A stretch of DNA of 64,000 nucleotides from Candidatus Sysuiplasma jiujiangense (GCA_019721075.1 JAHEAD010000011.1:1-64000), one strand, 5' to 3'. Positions 41,026 through 50,728 are shown, counted from the first letter of the stretch. Notes: generated by a model not told the origin, from the letters alone. Numbers and translations are program-made.

Positions 41026-42042
41026 ATGAAGACATGCGTAATCGGCAACAGGAATAATGTCGACATTGTAGAGACGGAGACACCGCACATATCAGAGGGA
41101 GATATGCTCATAGAGATGAGGGCATGCGGAATTTGCGGTACTGACATTGAGAAGGTCAGGGGAAATTACAGCTCGAGGATCCTGGGGCATGAAGCTGTCG
41201 GCATCGTGGCGAAAACAGGAGCAAAAGTCAAGGGTTTTCAGGTCGGAGACCGTGTTTTCCCGCACCATCATGTCCCGTGCTATCAGTGTCACTACTGCAG
41301 GAGAGGAAGCGAGACGATGTGCCCGCATTTTTCCAGGTCCAACCTGGATCCTGGCGGACTGTCCGAATATTTTCGCGTGCCTGAGTGGAATGTTGAAAGA
41401 AATGCGGTATTCAGAATACCAGACACCATGAACTTCAGGACAGCAGCATTGATTGAGCCATTTGCCTGCGTTGTAAGGAGTCTTGGAAAGACTGTTCTGA
41501 ACGACGGTGATACGGCGGCGGTTGTCGGCGTAGGCCCGGTCGGATTGATGCACGTCGCTGCACTGAAACTGTACGGCAGATGCAGGATCGCTGCAGTCGA
41601 TGTTTCGAAGAGCAGACTTGGTTTCGCCGGCGAAATCGGAGCAGGATTTACATTCGGTCCGGCCGAGAGCGTGGAGGGCGTGCTATCGATTACGGATGGC
41701 ATCGGCGCGGACACAGTCTTTGTCGCGACCGGGAACAGGGACGCGATTGCTGCAGCACTGGCAATGGTCAGGAAAGGTGGAAGAGTAATACAGTTCGGTC
41801 TTCCGCCTCCAGGGCTTGCACTTCCGGCGGACTATTCGGAAATATTCAAGAGGGAAATCTCAATAGTAAGCACCTATTCTGCGGTTGAGAAGGATGTCGA
41901 GAAGGCAATTCGCATCATTGCAGGGGACACCGCGAATTTTGAGAAACTCATATCGCACACGTTCAGGCTGGAAAACGCCAGGGAGGCGTTCGATCTGGCA
42001 GAGAAGGCGGATGACGCGAGGAAAATAGTCATAGAAGGATGA
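41026..42042 (+). CDS. Zinc-dependent medium-chain dehydrogenase (sorbitol/threonine dehydrogenase-like)
   Basis: CGICGTD, GHE, CxxCxxCx7C, EP and GVGPVG. Confidence 0.92.
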   Translation: MKTCVIGNRNNVDIVETETPHISEGDMLIEMRACGICGTDIEKVRGNYSSRILGHEAVGIVAKTGAKVKGFQVGDRVFPHHHVPCYQCHYCRRGSETMCPHFSRSNLDPGGLSEYFRVPEWNVERNAVFRIPDTMNFRTAALIEPFACVVRSLGKTVLNDGDTAAVVGVGPVGLMHVAALKLYGRCRIAAVDVSKSRLGFAGEIGAGFTFGPAESVEGVLSITDGIGADTVFVATGNRDAIAAALAMVRKGGRVIQFGLPPPGLALPADYSEIFKREISIVSTYSAVEKDVEKAIRIIAGDTANFEKLISHTFRLENAREAFDLAEKADDARKIVIEG

Positions 42043-42105
42043 AGGCGGGAGGAGGCGGAGACGCCGGAGATGCAGAGCTGAGCTGCAACAACAGGCGCTG
42101 TGCGG

Positions 42106-42807
42106 TCAGTCATCCTTAAGAGTGAAATAGATGCGCCTGTTTGATTTCCCCTTGTTTTCGAATCTGACAGGAATTATGCCTTTCAGTTCACCGAGTCTTT
42201 TCACATGGACACCGCCGTCCGCCTGAATGTCCAGCCCGGCAATTTCGACGATCCTGAATTTTTCAACCTGCGGGGGCGCAGTACCGGCAAGTTTTATCAT
42301 TGACGGTATCTTCATCGCCTCGTCCCTGGGCATGAAATACGATCTTACCTCCGGATTCCTCTTTATTTCGCTGTTTACAATATCTATGTAGTGATTCATG
42401 AGATCCCTGTCGAGCGTTTCAATGCTGAAATCTATCCTTGACTCCTGCGGTTCTATTTTGTTGCCTGTAATGAGAGCGCCGCTCTCCCTGTTGAATACGG
42501 CGCTGAGCGCATGAGCTGCGGTGTGCATCCTCATTATCCTGTATCTTCTCTCCCAGTCGAGCACACCCTCTATCTCCATTCCGGGGGAGAAAACCGAAGC
42601 ATCCTCCACAACATGCTGTATGGTTTCAGAATCCTTCAGTGTATCGGTGACTCTCACGCCGGACAGCATGCCGGTATCGCCCACAAGTCCGCCGCCCCTC
42701 GGATTGAAAGCGGTCCTGTCGAGTATGACCCTGCCGCCGTTCACCTCCATTACCCTTGCCGTGAACTTCGAAATGTACGCATCGTCCCAGAATATCTTGT
42801 CAGTCAT
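42106..42807 (-). CDS. alaX: Free-standing alanyl-tRNA editing protein (AlaX-M)
   Basis: LDRTAFNPRGGG, DWERRYRIMRMHTAAH and QADGGVHV. Confidence 0.9.
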   Translation of the reverse strand: MTDKIFWDDAYISKFTARVMEVNGGRVILDRTAFNPRGGGLVGDTGMLSGVRVTDTLKDSETIQHVVEDASVFSPGMEIEGVLDWERRYRIMRMHTAAHALSAVFNRESGALITGNKIEPQESRIDFSIETLDRDLMNHYIDIVNSEIKRNPEVRSYFMPRDEAMKIPSMIKLAGTAPPQVEKFRIVEIAGLDIQADGGVHVKRLGELKGIIPVRFENKGKSNRRIYFTLKDD

Positions 42808-42820
42808 TCAATCCTCACAC

Positions 42821-43711
42821 TCACCGGCCTGCCCAGCAGGCGTTCCTGGATTTGTCATACCACGCATTTACATATTCTCCGGTTGATATTTTGTTGCAGA
42901 CGAAATGAGCATCGCAGTAATCACATATTTCCTCATTCCCTATGACCCAACCGGTGCCCGGATCCATATCCGTCTTGAGCTCGACCATTTCTTCAGACAG
43001 GCCCATTGTCAGCGTATCGAATGCGTCCGCAGTGCACTGATTGCATCCGGAAGAACATGGGTAGGGTTCAACCGTGTAGAACGGACCGTTGACACCATCA
43101 ACAGTGTCATGATAGTCGCAGAAATACGCGCACGAACTCTCGTTGGAAAGAGTAACGGTTACTCCCGGAGGCAGAAAGATGTTATATGCACCTCTTCTTC
43201 CCACATCTGTTATACTTCCTGACGAAATCCATGAGGCAAGCTTTTCCTTAATCTGTGAATTGGTCACAACCGAAGGAGGATCTTCAGGAACGGTGAAGCT
43301 TTTAGCCAGTCTCCCGATGCCGACGTTGTACTGACGCAGGCCGCCGGAATAGCCCGGGCTCGTTTCAATATCGGAAGTCGCTCTGTCCACCCTTGCAATC
43401 CATGCGCTGTTCTCCGGAGCGGCAAAGAATTTTCCCCAGTAGACGTTTATCCAGGAGTAACCGGTGCCCCAGAGCGGACCGCCGTTGTACACAATATCCG
43501 GAGAGGCCGCCTGGACAAGAATTCTGTGATCACAGGGCTGGGCGTAATGCCTTATTCCTGACGGATTGCTTGATATCGTTAGCCTGTAATCTATCAGCGG
43601 AACATTGAAGGCTGTTTCGTTTCCTCTTACGCCGATATGTGAAAAGGAAGTGATCTGCGAACCGCAGACAGGGCATGTGGAAATATCTGCGCATGACTTG
43701 CATCTCTTCAT
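42821..43711 (-). CDS. Cys-rich protein: N-terminal zinc-ribbon-like motif plus Phi-1/EXORDIUM-like domain
   Basis: CKSC..CPVCG; YNGGP, VYWG, FLPPG, FCDYH and SEEMVELKTD..GW..EICDYC; TATA-like TTAAAATA about 24 nt upstream of ATG 43711. Confidence 0.55.
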   Translation of the reverse strand: MKRCKSCADISTCPVCGSQITSFSHIGVRGNETAFNVPLIDYRLTISSNPSGIRHYAQPCDHRILVQAASPDIVYNGGPLWGTGYSWINVYWGKFFAAPENSAWIARVDRATSDIETSPGYSGGLRQYNVGIGRLAKSFTVPEDPPSVVTNSQIKEKLASWISSGSITDVGRRGAYNIFLPPGVTVTLSNESSCAYFCDYHDTVDGVNGPFYTVEPYPCSSGCNQCTADAFDTLTMGLSEEMVELKTDMDPGTGWVIGNEEICDYCDAHFVCNKISTGEYVNAWYDKSRNACWAGR

Positions 43712-43913
43712 CACAGAGACAGAAGACTGCATCGTTATTTTAACTTTCATAATCCGCGCGTGCTGCCGACTGGAAGAGCAAGGGGAGGAATGAAACGCCA
43801 TCACTGCACGCGGACCGTTTATCAGGCAGTGCTTCATCCTATCAGCGCACGCGGAAAGCAGAAAGGTTATTAATCCACAGAAATATGCAACAGCACCATC
43901 GAAGGGAGATCAA

Positions 43914-44738
43914 ATGGACTGGGGAATGAATAACCGAATCTCGAGAATGATCAAGCCCTCCACCGGACGCTCTGTCATGCTGGCCTGCGACCATGGATAC
44001 TTTATGGGGCCGACGCACAAACTGGAGAATCCACGCAGGACGATAGAGCCGCTCCTGCCCTATGCCGATGCGCTCGGCGTCACCAGGGGTGTGCTGCGCA
44101 CTTCTGTTGATCCGAGGTCGGACATACCTATTCTTTTGAGGGTTTCAGGCGGATCCAGCATCCTCAAGGAGGATTTGAGCGATGAGGAGATCACTACTTC
44201 GATAAAAGATGCACTCAGACTGAACGTATCAGCTGTGGCACTTTCCATTTTCGTCGGGAGCAGCCATGAGAAGCAGTCGCTCGTCAACCTCTCAAAACTG
44301 GTAGATGAGGGGGAGGAGTACGGGATGCCGGTCATGGCTATCACCGCAGTTGGCAAGGAACTCGAAAAACGCGACGCAAAATATCTTGCTCTCGCATGCA
44401 GACTTGCGGCTGAAATCGGAGTGCAGATGGTAAAGACATATTACTGTGAAGACTTCGCCAGGGTGGTTGACGGCTCTCCGGTGCCCCTTGTGGTTGCCGG
44501 CGGACCCAAACTCAATTCAGTGGAAGATGTGTTCAATCTGGTTCACAATGCGCTTGAGGATGGAGCGGTGGGAGTGGACATGGGCAGGAACATATGGCAG
44601 AATGAAAACCCTGTCGGCGTGATCAAGGCCATAAGAGCCATAACACACGAAAACGTAAATGCAAGGGAAGCTCTTCAGATGTTTGACGCCGAGAAGAGTG
44701 ACAAAACTAAACGAGTGGCTAACCCGGCCCGTCTATAA
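43914..44738 (+). CDS. lsrF: LsrF-type thiolase/class I aldolase (DhnA family)
   Basis: MDWGM.NR, MLACDHGYFMGPT, VKTYY, VAGGPK and GVDMGRNIWQ. Confidence 0.9.
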   Translation: MDWGMNNRISRMIKPSTGRSVMLACDHGYFMGPTHKLENPRRTIEPLLPYADALGVTRGVLRTSVDPRSDIPILLRVSGGSSILKEDLSDEEITTSIKDALRLNVSAVALSIFVGSSHEKQSLVNLSKLVDEGEEYGMPVMAITAVGKELEKRDAKYLALACRLAAEIGVQMVKTYYCEDFARVVDGSPVPLVVAGGPKLNSVEDVFNLVHNALEDGAVGVDMGRNIWQNENPVGVIKAIRAITHENVNAREALQMFDAEKSDKTKRVANPARL

Positions 44739-45016
44739 CCCCAATAATGTTTCGCGGCTGATTCGGTCCATATACGCACCGCATTGACGATCGGTTTCTG
44801 TGTATTCACCGGTCCGGAACATACCGCCCGCCGGTGCCCATGTAGCCAGAAGACGGATAAGAATCTCACCCATACCTGCCGTTGAAAATTGTGAATTGCG
44901 AAATCAAAGGAGCGGAAACCACTAGTTGTGCATCTCAACAGAAAAGCGATCGGCTGAAGCGGCTTCGGAGGAAGTTTTAAGCCGAAGTCATTATACCAGT
45001 CCGGATACGCAACAGG

Positions 45017-45089
45017 GCTCCCGTAGTGTAGCGGCCAATCATCTAAGCCTCTCGAGCTTGGGACTCGGGTTCAAATCCCGACGGGAGCA
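45017..45089 (+). tRNA. tRNA-Glu(CTC)
   Basis: Acceptor GCTCCCG/CGGGAGC; anticodon loop CT CTC GA; T arm TCGGG-TTCAAAT-CCCGA. Confidence 0.95.
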
Positions 45090-45546
45090 AATTAAATTTT
45101 CGAACACAAACCCGGGTTCGATTTCATAGCCAGGGAAAAGAAACTGGCAACTATCCAGCATTTTGACACAACCATTTGTGGAATCCTTCCAATGAACCAG
45201 TCGCTGACGAATGACCTGAGCACGAGTTCTGTGAAATTGTTCCACGTCTTCGGCAATGTCCAGCATGCGGAGAGAATGTGTTCAAGCGAAGTCTCTCCAT
45301 CCCACGCCCTCCTGCCGCCACTGACAGTGCGGCGCAGCACACAACGGTGCCATAGGATTGAACGACAGTACAACTGCCGTGGTTCACATGTAGAGCACGG
45401 CCCTGCATATATATTTTTAATAAGGACTAGATAAAATTCTGTTGAACAGGCACACGATTCACGCTCATTTGCCAAAAAGATGAACAGTCACAAGAATCTC
45501 ATTGAAGATGCCACTCCGGCGAATTGCAGTTTTCAACAGTAACTGG

Positions 45547-45563
45547 AGATATTGTTAATATCT
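45547..45563. promoter_or_regulatory. Palindrome upstream of hicB, candidate operator
   Basis: AGATATT-GTT-AATATCT perfect 7-bp arms, ending about 30 nt before the hicB ATG. Confidence 0.4.
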
Positions 45564-45592
45564 TGAACGTGCATAATACAATTGTGGAAAGG

Positions 45593-45793
45593 ATGAAGTA
45601 CAGGGTAATGATAGAACGCGACGAGGATGGCACGTACGTAGCCAGGGTGCCAGACTTGCCTGGCTGCGCCACGGAAGGCAAGACACGCAACGAGCTTATG
45701 AAGAACGTCAAGGAGGCTATTCAGGCATACCTGGAAGCACTCAAGAAACACGGCGACCCTGTGCCTGTTGAGATGGTGCAGGTAAGTGTCTAG
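45593..45793 (+). CDS. hicB: HicB-family antitoxin (short form, no DNA-binding domain)
   Basis: YRVMIERDEDG.YVARVPDLPGCATEGKT.NE..KNVKEAI. Confidence 0.92.
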   Translation: MKYRVMIERDEDGTYVARVPDLPGCATEGKTRNELMKNVKEAIQAYLEALKKHGDPVPVEMVQVSV

Positions 45794-46046
45794 GCTTTTA
45801 CCGGAGAATTACGATAAGGTAATCAAAGCCCTCACCAAGCTAGGCTACGTAGCCATACACCAGAAAGGCAGCCACATTGTAATGCATCTTGCCGACAGGG
45901 AAAAATATGCAGCCATTTTTGGAGAGAGAAAGCCCGAAAGCATGATAGTGGTTCCAGCTCACATGCCCATAGGCAAGGGTATGATAAGAACCATAATATG
46001 AGAAGCGGACATAAGCGTTGATGAATTCAACAGGCTGGTTGATTAA
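45786..46046 (+). pseudogene. hicA: HicA-family toxin with a premature TGA at 45999-46001
   Basis: KALTKLGY..QKGSH, VVPAH and GMIRTII*EADISVDEF; the typical C-terminus continues in frame after the stop. Confidence 0.85.
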
Positions 46047-46060
46047 AGTATTTGACCTGA

Positions 46061-47453
46061 CAGTAGTCCCGCACATTAGGTGCCGCGACGGGCCGGAGCA
46101 TGATGATGCCCGTGACTTCGCAGATTTCAGAACATGTTTCAGCATGAGCAATGTGAAGCATGGGCTGAAGAGTTGCGTCATGCAACGGAGTTCAGCCGTC
46201 TGATTCCTGCATTATGCGGTCATGGACCGTTTCACGTATCATTGTGAATGGCATATCAGGAAGAGACGTATGCCGTGAATACCTCCTTCTTCAGCTCTTC
46301 GGCGAATTCGTATGCCCTCATTCCACTCATGCCCTTCTCTGTCTGCACCGCCTTCAGCAGCGTCCATATGTTCCTGAGTATGACGGAGAGGAGGAGATAG
46401 AAGATGCGGATGGCATCGCTGTGCGATGTTGTCATGCCTGTGAACTCATGATCGTCTATCCTGTAGCCCGTCTCTATCCCCCAGCGTGCGTCGTAGTAAC
46501 GGCATATGCCGGCTATGTTGCCGTCTGTCACCGGCATGTTCGTTACATAGAGCCAGAATACCTGTTCCGATCCCGGTTTGCTCTTTTTTGGCACCACCTC
46601 ACTGCTGTCGATGATGATGAGCGTCGTTGTGTCTGTTATGCGCCTGTATGCCGTCGTCCATTCGATATGCCTGAAACGCAGGCCGTGTGCCGCCTTCACC
46701 TCCCGCTCTATTCTGTCATCTGTTTTTATGGGCATCAGGTAGCTGACGCCCATGCCTGTCAGCATGTGCCTGATTTCGACTGATGAAAAGCCTCTGTCCA
46801 TGAGCAGGTGCCTTATGCGCACATATTTCGACGATTCATCCAGCAGCCTCATCACTACCTTCGGCAGGTTAGAGAATGCATTGTACTCTGTTGCCGCAAT
46901 CTCGAACCTCATCCCATTCTCCACAACACAGAGTGTTGCAATCCTGTAGAACCAGGATGTACCGTTCTTGTGTTTGCCGCCGACGACAAGCTTTGAAGTT
47001 CTCTTACCGTAGTACTCTCTGTCGTTGCAGTCGATGGCGCATGTCACGGAATGCGTGAACATGCGCATCCTCACTGCCTTTGAGAGAACATCACTGTTTA
47101 TTTCCAGCAGCTGCCTTTTCACATCGCGTGCCGGCATCCTGTTCAGTTTGCGCCTGATCGTGTCGCCGGAGGGAACGGGGAGGAGCCATGTCCTCCTCAT
47201 CGTTTCCGCGAATCCGTCGACGAACCTGTGTGCCATGGCAGTCAGAACAAGCACTGCCAGATAGGCTCCCTCCGGATAGTCCGAATTGCCTGCAGGCAGC
47301 TGAAAATGGCGTTCAAACCGCTTGAGCACAAAATCCTTAACCCTTCTTTCGTTTACATTCTCTGTGGAGTGCATCCCTTCACCCAAACAACGGAATGCAC
47401 TCTCACATCAAAAAACAGTGCCAGTGCAGTAATTTCCCTATGCGGGACTACTG
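46061..47453 (-). mobile_element. Complete ISH3-type insertion sequence, 1393 bp
   Basis: 13-bp perfect terminal inverted repeats CAGTAGTCCCGCA (46061-46073 and 47441-47453); 5-bp target duplication CCTGA (46056-46060 and 47454-47458). Confidence 0.93.
46256..47386 (-). CDS. ISH3-family (IS4-like) DDE transposase
   Basis: CAID..REYYG, LLMDRGF and YYDARWGIETGYR; intact 376 aa. Confidence 0.92.
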   Translation of the reverse strand: MGEGMHSTENVNERRVKDFVLKRFERHFQLPAGNSDYPEGAYLAVLVLTAMAHRFVDGFAETMRRTWLLPVPSGDTIRRKLNRMPARDVKRQLLEINSDVLSKAVRMRMFTHSVTCAIDCNDREYYGKRTSKLVVGGKHKNGTSWFYRIATLCVVENGMRFEIAATEYNAFSNLPKVVMRLLDESSKYVRIRHLLMDRGFSSVEIRHMLTGMGVSYLMPIKTDDRIEREVKAAHGLRFRHIEWTTAYRRITDTTTLIIIDSSEVVPKKSKPGSEQVFWLYVTNMPVTDGNIAGICRYYDARWGIETGYRIDDHEFTGMTTSHSDAIRIFYLLLSVILRNIWTLLKAVQTEKGMSGMRAYEFAEELKKEVFTAYVSS

Positions 47454-47810
47454 CCTGAGGATTACGGGTTTTTCCTAAGGCACAATGTCAATCATCTTGT
47501 CAAAAAGATTCTGGCTGCGTGTATTTGCAAACAGCAATTGAGGAATGAAAACCCTGTAATGCCGGCAAAATTTTTCTTCTCGCAAGGGATTTTGCCAGCC
47601 CCGCGGTTAGCGCCGATCAGGATGGAACACGAACGTGAGAAAGTAACGTTGATACACAGCTGAAGAAATATCGATTCAAGAGCTTTGTCAAATGCTGCTG
47701 TTCAGTAAACCGGGAATTGTTTATGCCTGTTTTGATTTTCCAAGTTGTTATATATAATGAAGCTAGAAAAAGACGAAAAACCCGACCATGGATTTAGGAC
47801 ATTCAACCCA

Positions 47811-47839
47811 TGGGACTCGGGTTCAAATCCCGACTGGAG
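47811..47839 (+). repeat. Direct repeat of the tRNA-Glu 3' half (attR-like)
   Basis: TGGGACTCGGGTTCAAATCCCGAC (47811-47834) is identical to 45059-45082; the match continues with one mismatch to 47839. Confidence 0.9.
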
Positions 47840-48034
47840 TTGACCGGCTTGGATCCTCGTGTTCAAACGCGATTGAAAATGATTCGAAGACCGTCTCATA
47901 CATCCATTTGAACTCAATTCAGGACAGACTTTCAGGTGAGCATTACAGTTCATGAACTACACACGTCACCGCTCGTTACAGAATATGCTCATTCATCGTT
48001 GGCAGGCTGCAGTCGAAGTCCTGTTTTCCCAATT

Positions 48035-48535
48035 TCAATGGCTTCGACTGTTTTCAGACACCTTCAGGGCTGCATATTTGCCCGCAAGTATGGAGAAAGG
48101 ATAAAGCAGAAGCTCCTCAAGGAAGATATGGTGCTGAAGCCCCTCGATGATGGAGACGGCTTCTGCGTATCCGGCATTTCTAGCGATTCCCAGCAGGTTT
48201 TCCGCTTTCCCCTCAATGTCTGAATGTTCTTTGAGAAACTCATTGTAGGTTTCCGTGAGCTTGTTTCCCAGCAGAGACAGCTGCAACAATTCTTTTTTAC
48301 CGGCGTTCCCTTCTATAAGACCTCTTATCGAAGACAGCAGTGTAATGACCGTTTTCTCCTCTTCCGCCACATGCGGCACGAGCGCCTTCAACAGGTTCCC
48401 TGCCGATTCGCCCATACTGCCGTCAATCGTGGAGAGAGATTTTAACGACTTCAGCAGTTCACTGTGTTCCTGATCAAGATGCTTCTTTATGTCGTACTTG
48501 AACTGAAGATGCAGATTCCCTTTACCTGAAATCAT
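48035..48535 (-). CDS. Hemerythrin-like (HHE cation-binding) protein
   Basis: EH..HVAEEE..EH..HIFLEELLLYP pattern. Confidence 0.8.
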   Translation of the reverse strand: MISGKGNLHLQFKYDIKKHLDQEHSELLKSLKSLSTIDGSMGESAGNLLKALVPHVAEEEKTVITLLSSIRGLIEGNAGKKELLQLSLLGNKLTETYNEFLKEHSDIEGKAENLLGIARNAGYAEAVSIIEGLQHHIFLEELLLYPFSILAGKYAALKVSENSRSH

Positions 48536-48583
48536 ATTAAGGACCTGCAGCGATCCAGAGCATCCGCCGGCATATAGGTTTAC

Positions 48584-48597
48584 CCTAAAACGTCAGG
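48584..48597. promoter_or_regulatory. Candidate activator site 1 (hemerythrin promoter)
   Basis: CCTAAAACGTCAGG, 7 nt upstream of TATATG on the minus strand. Confidence 0.6.
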
Positions 48598-48612
48598 AAC
48601 GCTGGCATAGGA

Positions 48613-49263
48613 TTAATTCCACCTGGTCTGAAAATAGAAGGCGAGCACATTCTTTTCCACCCGCCTGAGGATCTCGGAAAGGGTGGGAGGAGCTATGTGC
48701 AGGCGTTCTGATAGGCTGACGAGAGTGATCTTTTTGGGAAAGTCGAAGTAGCCGAGTTCAAACGCTATTTTGGCTATTTCATGCTGGCGGGCCGTCAGCT
48801 CCCTTTTTGATTTGAGATTCCTGACCGAGACCACCCTGTAATTCAGTTTACCCTCATTCATCTTTTCAGAGAGCAGGTTGAGCGTTTCAGATCCGCTGAT
48901 AAGCAGGTTCCACTCCATCTTTCCTTCCCCCCTGCTTTCTGCCGAAATGACGGAACAGTTCGGCCCGGCGAATATGGAACAGACGGGGCACTTGTCCGTG
49001 GTTATGGCACCCATTATCCTGTTTGGCTCTATCTGAACGAGATCCACTCCGCTTATTCCATCCATGCGGGAGAACACATCAAAAAGCTCTCTGATGCGGG
49101 CTGTAGTGGTGATTTCGACGAAGTCCTGGATTTGCCGGTCCTTGCTCGTCCCCCTTAAGTCCATTATCCTGATTTTGGATGAATGCTCGGTGCTGATATT
49201 CTTCACCCAGTTGTCTGGAAGATCCACCTCTATGCGAACTTCGATCATCTTCTGACCGAGCAT
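48613..49263 (-). CDS. HTH-10 (bacterio-opsin activator-type) transcriptional regulator with a Cys-containing N-terminal domain
   Basis: LTARQHEI..AFELGYFDFPKKITLVSLSERLHIAPPTLSEILRR; CPVC-x7-C; start approximate. Confidence 0.9.
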   Translation of the reverse strand: MLGQKMIEVRIEVDLPDNWVKNISTEHSSKIRIMDLRGTSKDRQIQDFVEITTTARIRELFDVFSRMDGISGVDLVQIEPNRIMGAITTDKCPVCSIFAGPNCSVISAESRGEGKMEWNLLISGSETLNLLSEKMNEGKLNYRVVSVRNLKSKRELTARQHEIAKIAFELGYFDFPKKITLVSLSERLHIAPPTLSEILRRVEKNVLAFYFQTRWN

Positions 49264-49327
49264 ACATAATTCGAACGGCTTCTTATCTGTGTCCCTGACC
49301 TGCCGCATTGCTGAACGGCCGATCGCC

Positions 49328-50551
49328 TTAAGGTTGGATGTCTGCCTGACCCTTCGCTGTGTCCTTCGTCCCGTTCCTCACACTCTTTTCCGACCTCATC
49401 ATGACTTCGAGCAAGAAAATTATAAGTGCGGCAAATACCGGCCATCCGGAAAGGCCGACAAGAATGCCGTTTATGGGAATGCTGGCAAACAGCTGCACTA
49501 TCCCGCCTCCGACCCTGACGGCATTTCCAGCGGTAAGCAGCAGCAACGGAACAGGCGAAAATCTGTCTGTTTTCAATCTCCTTCCCGCAACGGTGGGCAT
49601 TATTATCGGGCCATGTGCGAGAATCATGGTGAGTACAAAGCCCACTGCAATCGAATGTATGAAAACGTCATGCGTGTCTACGCTGCCGAAACTCAGAAGG
49701 TAAATCAGCGAGAGAATGAGGCCCAGAAAGAGCCAGGCATATGCTATCCTTGTATGCATCGAGACATATCTCTGCAGCGGCATCGCGGATCTGGACAGAA
49801 TGTTAAGGTTTCTCCGTTCGGTGCCATAGACAGACGCTGTGCCGATTGCCATCAGTATGATGCCTGCAGCAACAAGCATGTATCTGTATTCCACCACAGA
49901 GAAGGGCAGCGACAGCATGAACAGCGCAGCGGACATGGCATAGAGCGCCAGGGATGTTTTGAACCGATTTTCGGAATAGCCCTGTGAAATGAATCGGGTG
50001 AGTTCTATCCTCTCACCTATGATGAATATTACAGGAAATGAGAGCAGCAGCATGTCATAGCCAACCGGATAGGTAACTCCGAATACAGGGGAAAGGAGTT
50101 CAGATGCCCACAGATCGATGCCGGACAGTATCATGAATCTGAACGATGTCTTCATGTTGGAGAGACCGGAAAGCAGTTTCAGTGTTGCGATGAACAGAGT
50201 GCTGCCAAGCAGGAGAAATAACACGCCGGAATAGGAAAGGAGAACAGAACTGAGGGAAATTCCGGTAGTTACAAGCAGGGTTCCCAGAACCGTGAAAGGG
50301 ACCATCAGGGAAAGCATGGATCTGCGCCTTGCCGAAATGGATTCAAGTGTAGTGAAACTTGCTACCCGTTCGGTCATTATTATGACAGCAATGAAGCCGA
50401 ATACGACAAGCAGCGGATGGAATCCGTAGATTCCGGTGAAGACAGATGTCCTTATGTTCTCCCTTGCCATCAGCCTGAAAACGCCGTCCAGAAGGCCAAC
50501 TATCATAAAGAGTATTGAGAATGCCAGGAAAATCCTAACCTGCTTTTTCAA
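49328..50551 (-). CDS. NnrS-like polytopic membrane protein
   Basis: About 12 TMs; HPLLVVFGF..ER, GERIEL and DVFIHSIAVGF..MILAHGP. Confidence 0.65.
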   Translation of the reverse strand: MKKQVRIFLAFSILFMIVGLLDGVFRLMARENIRTSVFTGIYGFHPLLVVFGFIAVIIMTERVASFTTLESISARRRSMLSLMVPFTVLGTLLVTTGISLSSVLLSYSGVLFLLLGSTLFIATLKLLSGLSNMKTSFRFMILSGIDLWASELLSPVFGVTYPVGYDMLLLSFPVIFIIGERIELTRFISQGYSENRFKTSLALYAMSAALFMLSLPFSVVEYRYMLVAAGIILMAIGTASVYGTERRNLNILSRSAMPLQRYVSMHTRIAYAWLFLGLILSLIYLLSFGSVDTHDVFIHSIAVGFVLTMILAHGPIIMPTVAGRRLKTDRFSPVPLLLLTAGNAVRVGGGIVQLFASIPINGILVGLSGWPVFAALIIFLLEVMMRSEKSVRNGTKDTAKGQADIQP

Positions 50552-50728
50552 ACAGACCCGCCTTCGTAATGATCATTCATTGCCCATATGGGATGAAACG
50601 GCTCACTGTCAAGTTCTTTTGTACTTCGGCCGGTCGCTGCTTCGACCGGTCTGAGAAGTGGGTTTATCACAGGAATAACCGCGCCTGCCGGATGCCAGCC
50701 TGCCCGATGATTGAGAGCATTGAGCACG

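Noticed and set aside
45999..46001. In-frame TGA in hicA as selenocysteine or programmed readthrough
   Set aside because: The position corresponds to a basic residue rather than Cys, and no SECIS-like context is seen; a point mutation is simpler
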